This document shows positions 51,000 to 64,000 of a stretch of DNA of 64,000 nucleotides, in pieces. Location: the NCBI GenBank assembly GCA_036172245.1, contig JAYWIR010000021.1, positions 2,790,001 to 2,854,000 of the forward strand, written 5' to 3'. A program made the position numbers and the translations under genes. Position 1 is the stretch's first letter; each line of letters opens with the position of its first letter. The stretch is from Raillietiella orientalis (Eukaryota). Below the pieces are notes generated by a model. That model searched no databases. It was not told the origin of the DNA and saw nothing but the letters and a program-made list of their open reading frames with translations.

Positions 51000-51900
51000 A
51001 GATTGAGTTTGTTTCTACCCAAGAGTTACGAACCCACTAACTCTTTTTTGCTAGCATCGACACAAATCATAAGAAAGGTCTGATCTTTAGATTTGAAAAT
51101 GTGTAAGAACTTAATCTGTGAAACGAAAAAAGGCATTCTCTCGTCGCGAAGATAGGAAACCGGAAATTGTAGTTTTCTTGTCAAAGGCTCCCGGTGTAAT
51201 TTCTTCTCGAGGAAGATCAGAGTTCAGGGAGAGGCAAAGCTATGGTCCATGTACATGACGTCCCTAAATGCGACGGTACACTAAAAGCAACGATCCATGC
51301 CATTCTCCCATGCATGTTTGGCTACGATGGCATCGTAAATTCTGCGATTTGCCCTCCAAGCCAGTTGTCTTTTCCTCTGAAAAAGGAGACTTGCTCACTT
51401 GTGAGTTGAGTTTATTATTCCGTCTTCTTGATTCCGCCACTGGCAGAAGCTGAGGGTCCAAAAGTGAAGCTGGAATCAGTCATAGCCGTAATCGAGGTAG
51501 TGATTTTCCATAAAGCTTGAACGACGTTTTGTAAATGCGTTTCCCAGAGTTACGTTAGAATGATCGAATGTGCTCCAGCTGTTTCCAAGAAGTCCCTTCT
51601 CGTTTCTATGGGTGAGGTCGCTCGCTGCACAAACGGCCACCCCTGCGCATAGCTCAGCGACCACCACCCCGTTTTCGTTCAATTCGCGCTCTGTGCGAAT
51701 AGGAATGAACCGTCGCGGATTTTCATTCCCATTCTATCCCACCGAATTGCATTTCCGATCCCGCAGAAATTTTGCCTTTCCTGTCTGCCAAAAAGGCAAG
51801 CACGGAGCATCCCTCTTCCGCTTTCAAATCCTGTAGGAAGCTTCGCCTCTACATGGCTTCTACCCGACATCATGAAATGAACTTTTATTTTGGAAGCCAA
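51000..51900 (-). mobile_element. Decayed hAT fossil
   Basis: GNAIRWD (~51740), NAFTKR (~51530), ASLLDPQ (~51455). Confidence 0.55.
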
Positions 51901-52099
51901 GATGACCTCGTCCGAAACGACGGATAGTCCTTTTCCTTTACTGAAACGTTATCATGGATTCTCTCGTTGGGGATTTCTGCTTTGGTTTTGCTGAGTGATA
52001 CTCCATCTTGTGCTCTTCATCATTATTCTCAGATTCCCAGAACACGTATCCTTACACTCACGCTCTCCTCACTATGATGCAGCACTAAACCAAGAAGGG

Positions 52100-54000
52100 A
52101 AGCTGCGTTTGCCCACTTCAGAGACGCGGGTTATGTGTGAGATCAGGAAGGAACCAAACTCTGCTTTCATCGCTTATCTTCAATATTTGCAGCGCGGAGA
52201 TCATTAGTCCTTGGTCTATGAGAGGTCGTGACCAAGGAGGCATGTCAAAAGAGCAAGGAGCGAGCATGTTTCCAAGCGTGAATCATTTCCCACATGAAGT
52301 CGAACATGCAAACTTCAACCGAGATATTTTCTCGTTTCATTCAAGCTCAGTGGGGCATGTTGAGCATATGTTATCTGATTCGTACCATTTCCTGAGTGAG
52401 GTACTCTTGCATGAGTCTCTCACGCGCCCTCCCTTTCCTCCGAATCAATCGTCAAGTCGTCCAGATTCCTTCTCTTCGCCATCCCTGGTCGCCATGTCCA
52501 CTTCTTAGTCCAATGGACAGTTTACGTCCAGAACATCAATGTACGCTTCGGAGAAAGCTTTTTTGGTCCTGCATCCTTTGCAGGATATATTCGGCACCAG
52601 AATATCTCTCTACACACTACAGTTGTCTCTTTTTTCAAGAAAAGACCTTACAATTACTGTGCAAGAAAACACGTAAAATCCAATGATCCTAAAGCAAATC
52701 AAATCTCAGAAGAGCAAAGCAGATGAGCAGATCCTAACCTTTATAATTAGCAAGACATGACCACGGTAAGCATTCTGAGGACAAAGAAAACAGCTCAATT
52801 TCCGGTATCTAATTTCTGGTTCTTGAGGATTTGAGTTCTCGTATTTCCAATACTGATCACAAGATAAGAATGAATCAGACACCAACGCTCGAAGGAATTC
52901 AAGGGCCTTGCGAATGGCTCCGTCAAGATAATTATATCTTGCAGCCATCATTCTGCGGGCTTCGAGGTCTTCTAAAATTTCCGCAATTACTGCCGATGTC
53001 ACCAGAAGGGGACTTTTAATCATTTTTCTCAGAACCTCCATCTATAATTGCTAGATTGTTCATTAGAATTTTTACTTTATATAGATGGTGATGAACTCCT
53101 TTCATGCGGCTGCTCCAAGGTTTATTTTGGGATTCCTAATGAAACCGCCACCAAGTGACCACGTGCTTTCTGTGTCTCCTCTCGCATCTTTTTTTTTTTT
53201 TTTTTTTCTTTTTTTTGAAGAAATTCAGTATTAGCAGGGAGGTTTTCCTGAAAGACATGTTCCGTAATGGTCTTCTCATCGAACCAAGGACAGCGTGAGA
53301 GATTATCTAGTGTCAAGCACCCTTGAGGACTAGACTACCTCGTTTTTTCTTGGGCAGTTTTCATTTATGGAGACTTCAGAATACCTCCGCGGTAACAAGT
53401 AAGACAAGTAAAGTACAAGACAAGCCACCAAACGAGTAAGAACGGAGATCTGTTGCCGGCAAATCAAGAATCTGGACCTCTTCGGAAATTTGGTTGGATG
53501 CCATTTTTATTCCTTCCTCGAATACCTCAAATGGTCTCAGCTTATTCATGGTTATTCATCTCGTCCAAGATTTCCTACAGACGAGGTTTTACTCCCTCCC
53601 GTGAATCCTGATTTTCAGTGTTTCCTGAGTTTTAATCTATCCTGGCTCAAACTAATCCTGAGTTTCATTAACAGATTATTTAATAAAGCTCTTGGTATAA
53701 TCGTGCCTTATCAGGCCATCCTCTAGGTGTTTTCTGGTATGGTTTGTGAGCTGCATGATCGGAATTTAACTGTGATACCTTCACTGTCACATTTCCGATG
53801 CAGCATCTTTTCCCGTTTCAAGCTAGAGACCTTCTAGCTACTCTGACAGACGCCTCTGATGGATCAAAGGATGAAGCATAGAGAAACTTTTCGAGCCAAG
53901 TGAAAATGATTCTTTGCTGAGGAATCCAGCGTTCCTCGGAATCATCCAGGCATTTCATTTTACTGGTGGGTTATTTGGTTGATCCATGTCTTGCTGAGAT
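52100..54000 (-). pseudogene. Unassigned decayed coding-like region, possibly a DNA transposase
   Basis: Protein-like fragments (HAAHK, KLRPFE, ORF 52706-53041) without a firm motif order. Confidence 0.25.
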
Positions 54001-55599
54001 TCCTAAATTGAATTCGGCTTGATATACATTAAGCCGAATTTAATTTCATCTGCAATATGAAACAAATGCAGAATCACTGAATCAAAACTGAGAATGACTC
54101 TTCGCTGAGATTCGGGTACTCGAACATCCTGATAATAGCTCTTAGCCAGATCCCATCTTGTCCTTAAATATGTTTAGCAGAAGACATGACATAAATTGCC
54201 TCCTGCCTTAATGATCAGAAACTCGAGTTGATGAATGAGTTAATAAAGTACGTCTGTCGTTAGAAAGTGCAATAGATGCTAGAGAAGAAATTCATCTCGA
54301 ATTTCCTTTTATCTACGGAGACTGTGAAGAATATCTTCGGCATGGATTGACACTCTCCTGAGTGAAGGGCGCTTGAGGCTTACATCACTTTAGCTTCCTC
54401 ATAGGTTAGATTCCCACAGATAAGCACTGCTACGTGAACGCTTAAGAGGTGATGATCGTCAAAGCAAAAAATACGTTGAATTCATTTTTCAAGACGCGGA
54501 AGACAAAGCACATCACTAAATGCTGGTCTGATCACCAGAAGTAGCTGCAAGGAATTCTCCAGCCGGTCGTTTTCCGCATTCTGCAGTTAAATGGGAAGCG
54601 CGAAAGAAACGGCAACATCGGTGCTTTCTATTTGGATTCCTTGAACAGGTATTCTCCTTGAAATGATCGCCTGCTCTATTCCTCCGCCCAAGGGAGGTAA
54701 GCAAGTAAGATTTAAATGCGACAGCTGAAAGTTGCACCTGGACTTCTTCTTCCTCCTTTTCTCTTCCGCGGAAGCAGATTCATTGTGCAGCAGATTTACC
54801 GTGGGATTTCACCTTTCCTCTCGATCCTTTCGATTGCACTCTTCTTGCTCACATTGGGTTTCCCTCTTGAATGGATAGGAAAGGAATCTGAGAAAGTGAG
54901 AAGCAAATTATTTTCTCACAATAGTGTTGCAATGATCTGACTGAATTGGAAGGAGTTAAGGATAGCCGATAAGTAAAGTAGAAGGGGTTGTTCGAAAAGG
55001 GAACACTGATAAGTATCAAGGAAGCCTTTCCCTCTTCCCCAGGACACTCCTTAAGCTATCAGACATTGCTCACTTACAGCAAAGCTGTTAGAGAGTGCAG
55101 TGGGATTCATAAGCCCCACTTCCATTCACTTTATGAAATTTCAAGATCATCTCGAAGCAGATTGCGGCTTGAAAAGCAGATCAGAGTTCCAATGCACCAT
55201 CGCATCAGATCAGCGATACGATGGTCACCAGGGCACTCCGCTCGCAGGAGGGCATTGAGAATGCTTTCGTCTAAGGGAGTGACGATTTTCTTCCCTTGAG
55301 GCATAGAGGATCAACTCATAAAAGGGACCAAGAGAACACACGGTTCGAATGGAAGGGAAATTCTTTTCATTTTGGTTGCAGACGGGGCAGAAGAAAAAAA
55401 CGAGCACCCCTTGCATCAGGCACGTGTCGACGTTGTTTTTAGAATGTAGCTAATCTCCTCTCTAATTCGCGAGTTCCTTGGCGGCGTTTAGCGTGCATAG
55501 ATGTCACTTTTTCCCGCCAAGTCGATAGATTCGAATCGTCAAAGTTTTGGGGCAGGCGATTCATCAGCGGCATCATGAGCGGACCAAAAAAAAGCCCCC

Positions 55600-56500
55600 C
55601 CCCCCCATTAAACAACTTCAGGGCATGGAAAACTGCGTCACTTCAAAGAATTTCCGAGTGCGAATGAAAAGTCTTTTGTGCGAGAATGGCTGCTGCCTCC
55701 TAATCTGAAGCGAAATCATGGAGCTGATCTGCACCCGTTAGGGCTGTCGTGCATAGTCGTAGTTTGACACCTTTCTCCATGAATCTTTCTGTTTATTGAA
55801 TCCAGGACCTCCGGTTTCCAGGTCCGGTTTTCTGAGCGGAAAGTAAACAGCAGCATTCGGCTCCAGGGAAACACAGACTATTCGAAGAATCTCCAAGTTA
55901 TTCTGTCTCGGTAGAATTGAGATCCCTGCAAGATATTCTATCTCCTCCTTATGAGCTTATGCGTGTGCTTTATCGGGCTAATGGAAACTCTTTGGAGGAG
56001 TTCTCCTGACTCATTTCAGCTGAGCACACATCACTTTGAAGGGATCACTTCGTGAAAGTTGTCGAGCTTTGGCGTCAGTTTTCGAGAATCAATAATTTCT
56101 GGAAACTTCAAAAATTCGCCTTGAGGACTATCTATGAATTCGGATTTAATGATTACGAATGGAGTTTTGCGACTCTCGAAATCTTACTGTCCAGGACATG
56201 AAAGGACGCAAGGAGCACGTGTTTCTTTCTTTCATACCTTTCTTCCAGTTCCAGAGAGATCGGGATCTCATTGGTGCGACGAATGCTGAGCTACTCGATG
56301 TGTTCATACTCTATGACGTTAGTTAAGCCACAGAGGGACAAAGGTCAATCCTTTCGGATGATTTCTCTACAGCCCAATGGCATCTGTCCTTATGACAGAC
56401 TTTCACCAGTAGCCTGTATCTTCCACATAGGAGAAACTTTTGGTTTCACTACGGATCCTGCGGTTTGTGCTCTAGAAATCTGAGTTCTCAGGTCTCTACG
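55600..56500 (+). mobile_element. Possible hAT fossil
   Basis: KVNSS (~55845), LQDILSPPYELMRVL (~55930), PVA..GETF (~56420). Confidence 0.35.
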
Positions 56501-57239
56501 GGACTCTTTTGCTGTTCAGGATGATTGGCCGAATTCGCCTGGAACAAAAAAATCCTAGTCTGCCAAATCGTGGGCCAAATGTACTTCCCACAGAACGTAT
56601 CAACTGTTCTGTCGACCAACAGGATCGGAAGTGTGGAAGAGCCTTAGAAAGCCAGATAGAGGAAAAGTGGTGACTGGGAAACATCCACCGCGAGCCATTT
56701 CGATGGGCCGAGATGGTCGACCACAGATCCAAGGAAGCTACGTCATGATGCATCGAAAGCTGGCACTCGTGCCATCAGCACACATCCGTGATCGGGAAGC
56801 ACCTCAATCCGCGCGGGACTTCTCCCTGACGCAAAGATCCGAGGGATGCAATTCTTGGGAGCTGACACCTTTATGTAGCAGTGAAGGGTGTACATCCTGC
56901 ACCAAGCATCAGGAATGCCCCGAGCGGGGCAGCACTGAGCGGACTTCTCCCACGAAGTATCTTTGTGTGACTTACGAGAATGAGCAGACTAATTGTGAAC
57001 AAAAAATGACGTCACTAAGCGGCGGTTCTGCTGTTGAACATGTTTTGCGAATCTCTCAAAGGAGGTTTATCTACAAAAGCAGCGAGTGCTATCCGGCATT
57101 AGAAACCCAGATCTTTTAAAGATCCGGATGTCTGTAGAGTTAAGAGGTAGTGAACCACGGCATTCCAGTGTCTGGAATGAGATTCCAATGGTGATTACTA
57201 AGAATCTTACATTCAGTGTCCTCCTCTTCTCTTGGATCA

Positions 57240-57950
57240 CAAATCATTTGTGGAACACGTTTTCTATAAAGCTTTGTTTTATGCACTCCAGTGATTCGCC
57301 CATGGAATGTCTATGCTCTTCGACCATCGACTCCATGGGATAAAGAAAATTCGTATCTGCTCCTACACCAGAACATGCTCCACATGACTGTGTGATCTGT
57401 GTTTCTTCCGAACCAATGAAATTGCGAATCCTTGCAAAATGGTGGGATCTCGCTTTCCCCGGTATCGGTTTAAAGTCTTTTTCAGACTTTTCACCTTTTC
57501 CAAACTGCATGGAAAGCTTACGGACACATTTTTGTCGACGCTGCTGTTCGACAGAGGCACTCGACTCAACTTCTGAGTTCCGTAGCATCAGATTGCACTC
57601 TGCTTTCCTTTTTGGATTTCGATTTCTGGGTCATCTTCAGCTTGGTAAGGTTTCGCCAGCCTCTCGCACAGAACAGTGTGGCCGTGGATTCTCTTGGGTT
57701 GAAAGCACTGCCAGGACCAGCAGCCCGAACACCACTTTCCTGTAGTTTTATCACTGCTGGTTCCTTTCGATTCGATGTCCCCCCCCCCCTCCAACCTCCG
57801 GGTCGTTCCTGGATACGCCCGCTATGCAAATGTTTTGCTATGAAATTTCTCTCACACCGATCTCGCGACATGAGCCAAGATCGAAATAGCTCGCCCATAA
57901 ACATCAGGGTTGAGCGTGAGCGAGCAGCTGCATTGCCAAAGCTCCTCCAT
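57240..57950 (-). mobile_element. Possible hAT fossil
   Basis: KCVRKLSMQFGK..PIPGKAR fits K.R.L...F..S...P..TR. Confidence 0.35.
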
Positions 57951-58145
57951 ACACAAAAAGAAAAAAAAACACACACACACAAAGCCTGCAGCACGTTTCA
58001 CGTTATGAGAAATGCGTCCCGAACTGAAGAACTGTCACAGATGAAGGCATCGAGCTAAAACTGACTGCCCCGGCACGATGATTTCCCCCCAGTCTGGTGC
58101 GAAAGGGGAAAGGCAGTGTCTTCCGCGACGCCTGTCCACTGATCG

Positions 58146-58406
58146 TCACCATGCATCTGAGTTGCCTAGGGTCAGCAGCACGGAAAAGTCCCTTTCGCAA
58201 AAGGCTTCGTGGCTTCTGAAATTCTCCGGAGGCCAAAACCATCTCCTCCTGCAGAAGGGACCGTATGGGCGGCGGCGGATTTTCTCGGTGACCGTAAACT
58301 CCAACGGACGGTGGTCAGCAAAACTCGTCCCCCGTGACCGAGCATACATCCCGCCACCGAATTGAAACAACGCTGCAAAGCTGCTGGAGCCACGATGAAC
58401 TCGCAC
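58146..58406 (-). mobile_element. LINE AP-endonuclease C-terminal remnant (L1/Tx1-like)
   Basis: TSFADHRPLEFTV...RRPYGP..W..ENF..EAF fits the SDH.P motif and the following linker. Confidence 0.5.
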
Positions 58407-59249
58407 ACTCAGGCTTTGGGGGAGCGGGGGGGCAAGGCAGGTGAGAACTGAACGCTAACTGCGCCGACGTCCTCAGTTCGTCGGGACCCCGGAAAAGAAG
58501 AAAGAAAGACCGGGTTGTGTTCTCACTCGGTGACTTCTGAGGATGTGGCAGCAGCCAATGCTGGACCAGAGAATTTGAGCAATCTTCAAAAAATCGTACA
58601 ATGAAGTATGGGAGGCGAAAGTGGATGAAACTAAGGCTGACCGCTCTCCAGAACTGAGGATGTATCCTTTCCCCCCCCCCCTCAAAGCGAAAGCAACTTC
58701 TTCATGACTTTAATATCCTGTGTGAGCTCCGAAGTACAGAGACAGGATGCATATCATGCGAGCAATAAGAAATCAATCTCGAGGATGGATCCGTAGGTAG
58801 CACTTGTACTGGCGCAGTTAAATAAACAATTTTGCAACGGTAAGACATGGACGGTAGACGGCAGACGGTAAGACTGAAAAAAAAAAAAAAATTTGCATGC
58901 TAAAAATCAGATGAAAAACCTACGGCATCTTTATAACCCCACTGCAAATCGTAAATTTCGAATGAAATTTACGATTCGAGTGAACGGGGCTGCGTTGTGA
59001 AAGAGTGCGAGAGAGTCTGCTTTTCCTTGTCTAGCCAGCACGTAGCAATTTTCTCCCGCAGGAATGCCATTGGTTTTATTTTATTTTCTGGAATATTCCT
59101 TCCGAGCTGGCAGAGCACTCTTCGGTAGTTTATTTACAGTATGATGCACAGTTATCGGATATGCGATTCAGCAAGATGTCAGCTGCTTCCAGCCTTAGCA
59201 CTTGGAGCAAATAGCAAAGGCAGAGAGAGGCTGGAGACACAGAATTCCA

Positions 59250-60350
59250 TCATAGTTAATTTAACCGGGAACCGGTTAAATTAGGGCCGGGATTTTGCTT
59301 GTGAACTTGAAAAGTCTGACTTTGAGGATCGAGGAGAATAAATTTCGGGGAATTCCCAAATCAGCAGGCAATTTGCATTGAGCGTTTGGGTCGTGGGATG
59401 CAAACAGCGATTCCCGACGTTACAACTGCACACAAGAGAGCAATCAGGACTCTAAATAGAGTAATGCAGATCGATCGTGCAAAATTTAGGCTGCCATAAG
59501 GATAGCAATGTCTTCTGGAAATTAGTCTTTGCCTCTCCTCTGTACAACAGAGAGTCGAGCAAGCAGTGAAGAAAGCTGTTGTCAATGCATCTTTAGTATC
59601 GATATACAATACCACAACATGAAATGGTACTTTCAGAGAGATTGAAAGAAGTTACTGCTAATTATAGAGAACTATGGGAATTTCTGATCTTATATATCAA
59701 GCCATTTAAATCCAAATGCTGTTAAAACTTACGCCTTGGCAGAGTTTGGATCCAAGTGGTCTTGTGCATCTTATTTCTAAATCTTCTAATGTGAAGATGG
59801 TTGCTTTTGAAAGACTGGTCCACCTGATATCATTATGCAAACGTACGACCCAGTTTAAAAGGGGAGATGAGCCATCCTTTGTCTTCTAAACATGAGTAAA
59901 GCATTTGTGTACGTACACCTGTGTGCAGAATTGTTTCACGTGTTTTTAAAGAGGGGAGTTTTTAAAAAATTCGAAGTAGCCCTTTGGAAAGGGCTACTTT
60001 TCCAAAGGGCTCCTTTTCGAAAGTAGCAGTCAGCTTCCCTTCTTTTTTACTGAAAGTTTACGTAGACTTATTCCGAGCTCTTATTCCTTCAAGAGATGGA
60101 CATCTCGCTTTCCAAAGAGTTGGAAGTGTAGCCAGGCAGGTAAAAACTCCGTATGTGATGAGAACTCGGTCCAAATTAAGGGTTATAGAAACATCGTTCT
60201 CTCACATAAGTAGGAACAAGAGTTCCTTCCAAGATTTCAAGTTCCATGCCACCAGGAAGCTGTTTCCGTTGTTTACCAAAGTAGCAACTACTATAAGAAA
60301 GCATGAAACCTCATGGTTTTAATCCTCCTTTTAGTGTATTTAAGAATAAA
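59250..60350 (+). mobile_element. Decayed hAT transposase fossil
   Basis: NTTT*NGTFREIER (~59610-59650), LWEFL..IKPFK (~59675-59710), FPS..LIPS..QRVGSVA..TP..R (60035-60170, dimerisation domain). Confidence 0.65.
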
Positions 60351-60899
60351 GTGTGGTGATACCATATGCAGAGTCGTTCACTCTGTGAACCATTGGGGGC
60401 TTGATTGCTGCTGTAACCGCCCTCACATCTCATTTGTCTCTTCTCATTTCGCAAACTGCGGACCCAGGGTGGATGTTTGCTGATACATAGAGACAAGAAG
60501 CGCTCGCCACAAATATTCTGCCAGAAAGGTTCCGCAATGAGCGTCTTGCAGTAAACTTGGCGACGGGGACGCCAAGGAAGCGTAGCTCAAAAGGTCTGTC
60601 AAGTGTTCTGTTGGGAATTGGGTGAACGCTGAAAGCTCTGGACTCGGCCCAACGCGCCCCCAGGTCAAGCGATTCGCATGCAGCCCACAGCACATAGGTT
60701 TGTGCATCTGGTTCTCAGTGTTTAAGTCTGACCACATAGGATTCATGGGACGAGGTTGGGCAGGTAAGTACCGGGGATGCCCACTTCTTTGTTTCTGACA
60801 GCGGCACTACCTGCCCGACATAGAGGAGCAGACGGTGGTCGGTGACGATCCATCATCATCTTGGTGATCCCTGAGTCATTTCTCTTTCTAAAACGCATC

Positions 60900-61500
60900 T
60901 TCCATTGATACAAATACTTTCATCGGAAGCAAACTGCACTGCCGTACTGCTGTCTCCTACTTTTTCATCTTATTAGATAGATTACTGATTACCTGCCAGA
61001 AACCCTTAGGCAATTTTTGATCCTTCAGAACATCAGCTCTTCCAAAACCTTTTTCCTACATATCGATCGATTTCTTTTTCTCCCAGAATTTCCTCTATTT
61101 CTTCCTGTCATCTTATTTTTAATGCGAGTTCAAAGATTTCGAGATCACCTTTTTTTCTGAGCAGTTAAGAAGCTCGAGACTTGCTTCATCCTTCGTATCC
61201 TCCATTAATATGATCTTACATGACACCGGAGCTTTGTACAGCTGCCACACTTGGAGATGTCGCGCTACCATTACATAATTTCAGAATAAGAATGGAAGGT
61301 GCCCCGAAACTCGCCGAGTCCACGAGAGGACCAAACACTTCACTGTACGAAACGGCAGCTGGTTGAAAAAAGCAGCACTTGAGACTTTTTTCTGTTTTAT
61401 TCTTCGCGATGAAGATTTTTGATCGAGGGTTTCTTCCTCTATCCTCTGCTTCACTTCCTGGAGCCAAACAATTCGCAGTTTGCAGGCTTGCTCTTCAGGT
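60900..61500 (-). mobile_element. Possible hAT C-terminal fossil
   Basis: EIDRY (~61065), GFWQ (~61000), ASDESI (~60920). Confidence 0.35.
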
Positions 61501-61899
61501 GGACCTCAAGAGCAAGCAAGTCGCCATTCTCTCCACCCACGCATCGCCTGGCACATCTCGCCATCATCCTGATCCTACCGCTCCTTACCTTTAATTCCTG
61601 CTGTGACATGGAAGCTTCAAAATTCCATGTTGCTCGTCGTAGGCGGACTTGAGGGAGGAGAGGATCCTTTCTTCCGAAGCAAACAGAATATGACGCTTGA
61701 GAAATAATTCTTCCTTCTTTCCTTCTTTTTGGATGTCGTTTCAGAAACTGCTTGAGCTTGAGTGAGCGCTGATCCCTGATTGACCTGCAGTCGAGTCATA
61801 CGGAATGTTCACGCGTCTCCCAATCTAACCTCACGTTCACCTTCTTCATGGAGATGGGCATCTTGCCCTCCAAAGAGTTGGAAATGTAGTGAGGCAGAT

Positions 61900-62200
61900 G
61901 TAACTCCATGTGTGATGGGCATGGGTCAAAATGAAGAGTTTGAGGAACATCACTCTTGCACGTAAGTAGGAATGATCGAAACTCTCATGAAAATGGGTGC
62001 AAGAAGACTCCTATTTTTGGAAAATTCCACTTTTTTGAGCCAGGAACGGGGGTCTACTGACTGGCAAGCTCTCATTCACGGCTCCTTTTAAACTCTCCCC
62101 TGGAGGCAGAAGAGTAAAAGGAGCGACCAGGCATCCAGAGCTCGCCAAGAAGAAAGGTCGGGCCTCGGTGCTGCTCTCGATCATGAAGAGTGACCCAGAC
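61900..62200 (-). mobile_element. Possible L1/Tx1-like zf-RVT remnant
   Basis: LLPP..LKGAVNESLPV followed by CKSDVPQTLH..CP; weak. Confidence 0.3.
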
Positions 62201-62559
62201 AATGTGCACAGGTAGTAGTCAAGGGAGAGGAAGGGAGGATGCTTTCAGGTGCATCAGTAGGGCCAACGATGGCACAGACGAGACCTCTGGCAACGTGGAT
62301 TATGGACCGGAGGAAGCACGGAAAGAACGAGGAGCGGCTCCGTCTTCACCCGGAGCGGCCAGACCGCTCGCGGAGATTGTGACGTGCCTCTCCAGCGGAG
62401 AGGGAAAAAATCTATACAGGTCCTGCTTCCCTCGTGATCTTCATCTCATTTCGTCGGCACTCCGAGTTTCCCTCCCCCCCCTTCCGCTCACGATTTCACC
62501 AAGAAGGAAGCTGAAAGGACTTCCTGTTAACACCCGATCATTCCGGGAGAGTTGCAAAG

Positions 62560-63760
62560 ACGTCCTTGTCCAACACAGGGCACCACCAAGTCCTGCGTCG
62601 TCACGGCATGGAGTTTTGGGAGAACGCGCACTCTCTTAAAGCAGAGCCCCCCACTGGACCTCCTTTCAAACTCCAAGAAAGTCACGATCGAAAAAAATTG
62701 CTTAGGAGGAAGTCGCAGTCACGGTGTTTCCCGACTCGGACACGATTTTGCGGCTTTGCGCAAAATCGTGTCCGAGTTCTCGGTCTTCGAGCAGGTGACT
62801 CAATAGGAAGCTGTCGCGAAGCCCCCTCAGAAAAGAGCAGCGAGCACCGTTCATCATCAGCAGTCATCGCCTTCTCTCTGGGAAGCCGTAACGCTCCTTT
62901 TTCAGCTGCGGCACCACGCGGCAGCGGAAGGTGCAGACATCCGGAGCAGTCTGCTCGAGACGTTCGCCCATCAGTTCGAGACGTCAGCATTTTCCCGAGA
63001 AGATATGGAATATATGCAAGCATCGAGAGCTTTCCTGCTTCGGGTACCGCACGCGGTCCCTGATGGGATCATAGCTTGTTTCAAGAGAACAGCTGTCTTG
63101 GTAAGCTTCCGGAAACAAAGTTCTGGAGATTGGATAGCAGCACAGGGAAGACGAAAATCTCGAGTAAGTCACTCGCGAGATCTGTGCTATGGCTCGAGAA
63201 TTCTTCAACCTTAACAGGAATTGAGCATTCCTCTCACCCCCCCCCCCCTCTCTCTCCCTCTCTCTCTCTCCTCCCTCTTCCTTTTTCGTTAGTCTTCGGA
63301 CGTTCTTCCCACCAAATCCTCTCCAAGCAAGAGAAAAAACAATAACAAGCCGCTCAAGCCCTGGACAGCCAGCGCTGCGGAAATAATCCCTAAGCGCTGG
63401 ATGTCCGTTCGTCAAAAAAGGGATGAAAACTCCCTGAGGAAATCAAAATCCCTATTTGTTTGGACTCTGCAAAAAAGTCCAGGCAAGCCCAGGTTTGCAT
63501 CGTCTAGGAGGCGCCCTACCGGTGCCCAGACCGGTGGCTACAAGAAGGGGAAGCAGACAGAAACGCAAGCTGATTTTTACGCACACAGAACCGGAAATTT
63601 CGTCGGGGAACGTCGTGAAAGCGATCCTGAACGGTCCCGTGACAAAAGGGTTTAAACAGGGCTCAGAAAGTGACGAAAGAGAAAAATCGAGATAGCCCGT
63701 CGCTTCGACTGCAGCCGGTGAAATTTTTATGACTTCTCCATTGGCTGTACCTGAGTCCAC
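62560..63760 (+). mobile_element. Possible LINE ORF1-like remnants
   Basis: LLRVPHAVPDGII and KLIFTHTEPEISSGNVVKAI resemble the ORF1 RRM-like VP....D..I segment; weak. Confidence 0.2.
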
Positions 63761-64000
63761 TTTCGAAAAACTGGTTTTGTCTCAGAATAAATGCAATTTA
63801 GGAACGAAAGTCCACTTTGATATGGGAACCTGGATAGAAAGGCCAGCGATCAGTGAGCTTCCTCCTTGTACCATTATTCAGTTTCTTTATGCAATCAACA
63901 GCCTGCTTTCTCTCTGCTGGAAACATTAAGACTTTTAGAGATGATTGTCTTCCAGGATAGGGGGAAGAGCACAGCTGGACCTGTGCGCCTTAATCTTCCT

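Noticed and set aside
60430..60870. Reverse transcriptase fragment
   Set aside because: Only a vague resemblance (LWAACESLDLG, RFLGVP); no YADD/QG core motif found.
1..64000. Prokaryotic systems (operons, CRISPR array, defence island, rRNA)
   Set aside because: No long dense ORFs, no regularly spaced repeat-spacer array and no rRNA signatures; spliceosomal introns and eukaryotic TEs are present.

Overview
Eukaryotic, probably arthropod, genomic DNA with very short (55-56 bp) introns and frequent poly(A)/poly(T) tracts. The only convincing host gene is the 3' end of a class-1 transmembrane semaphorin (Sema1a-like) at ~75-1078 (+). It has three confidently phased exons, a TM helix, the C-terminus KKTYI and an AATAAA at 1606. 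A possible alternative terminal exon lies at ~1728. The remaining ~61 kb reads as a transposon graveyard. I recognised by eye, across frameshifts and stops, about 20-25 heavily decayed hAT transposase fossils on both strands, about 10 fragments of L1/Tx1-like LINEs and one clear 3' fragment of a NeSL/Utopia-type RLE retrotransposon (~22.6-23.35 kb). There are also three copies of a ~600-700 bp tRNA-headed, UUCG-hairpin-rich SINE-like repeat. Almost all ORFs in the supplied track are spurious or are fossil pieces. I found no intact novel multi-gene system. Fossil boundaries are approximate and need profile-HMM confirmation.
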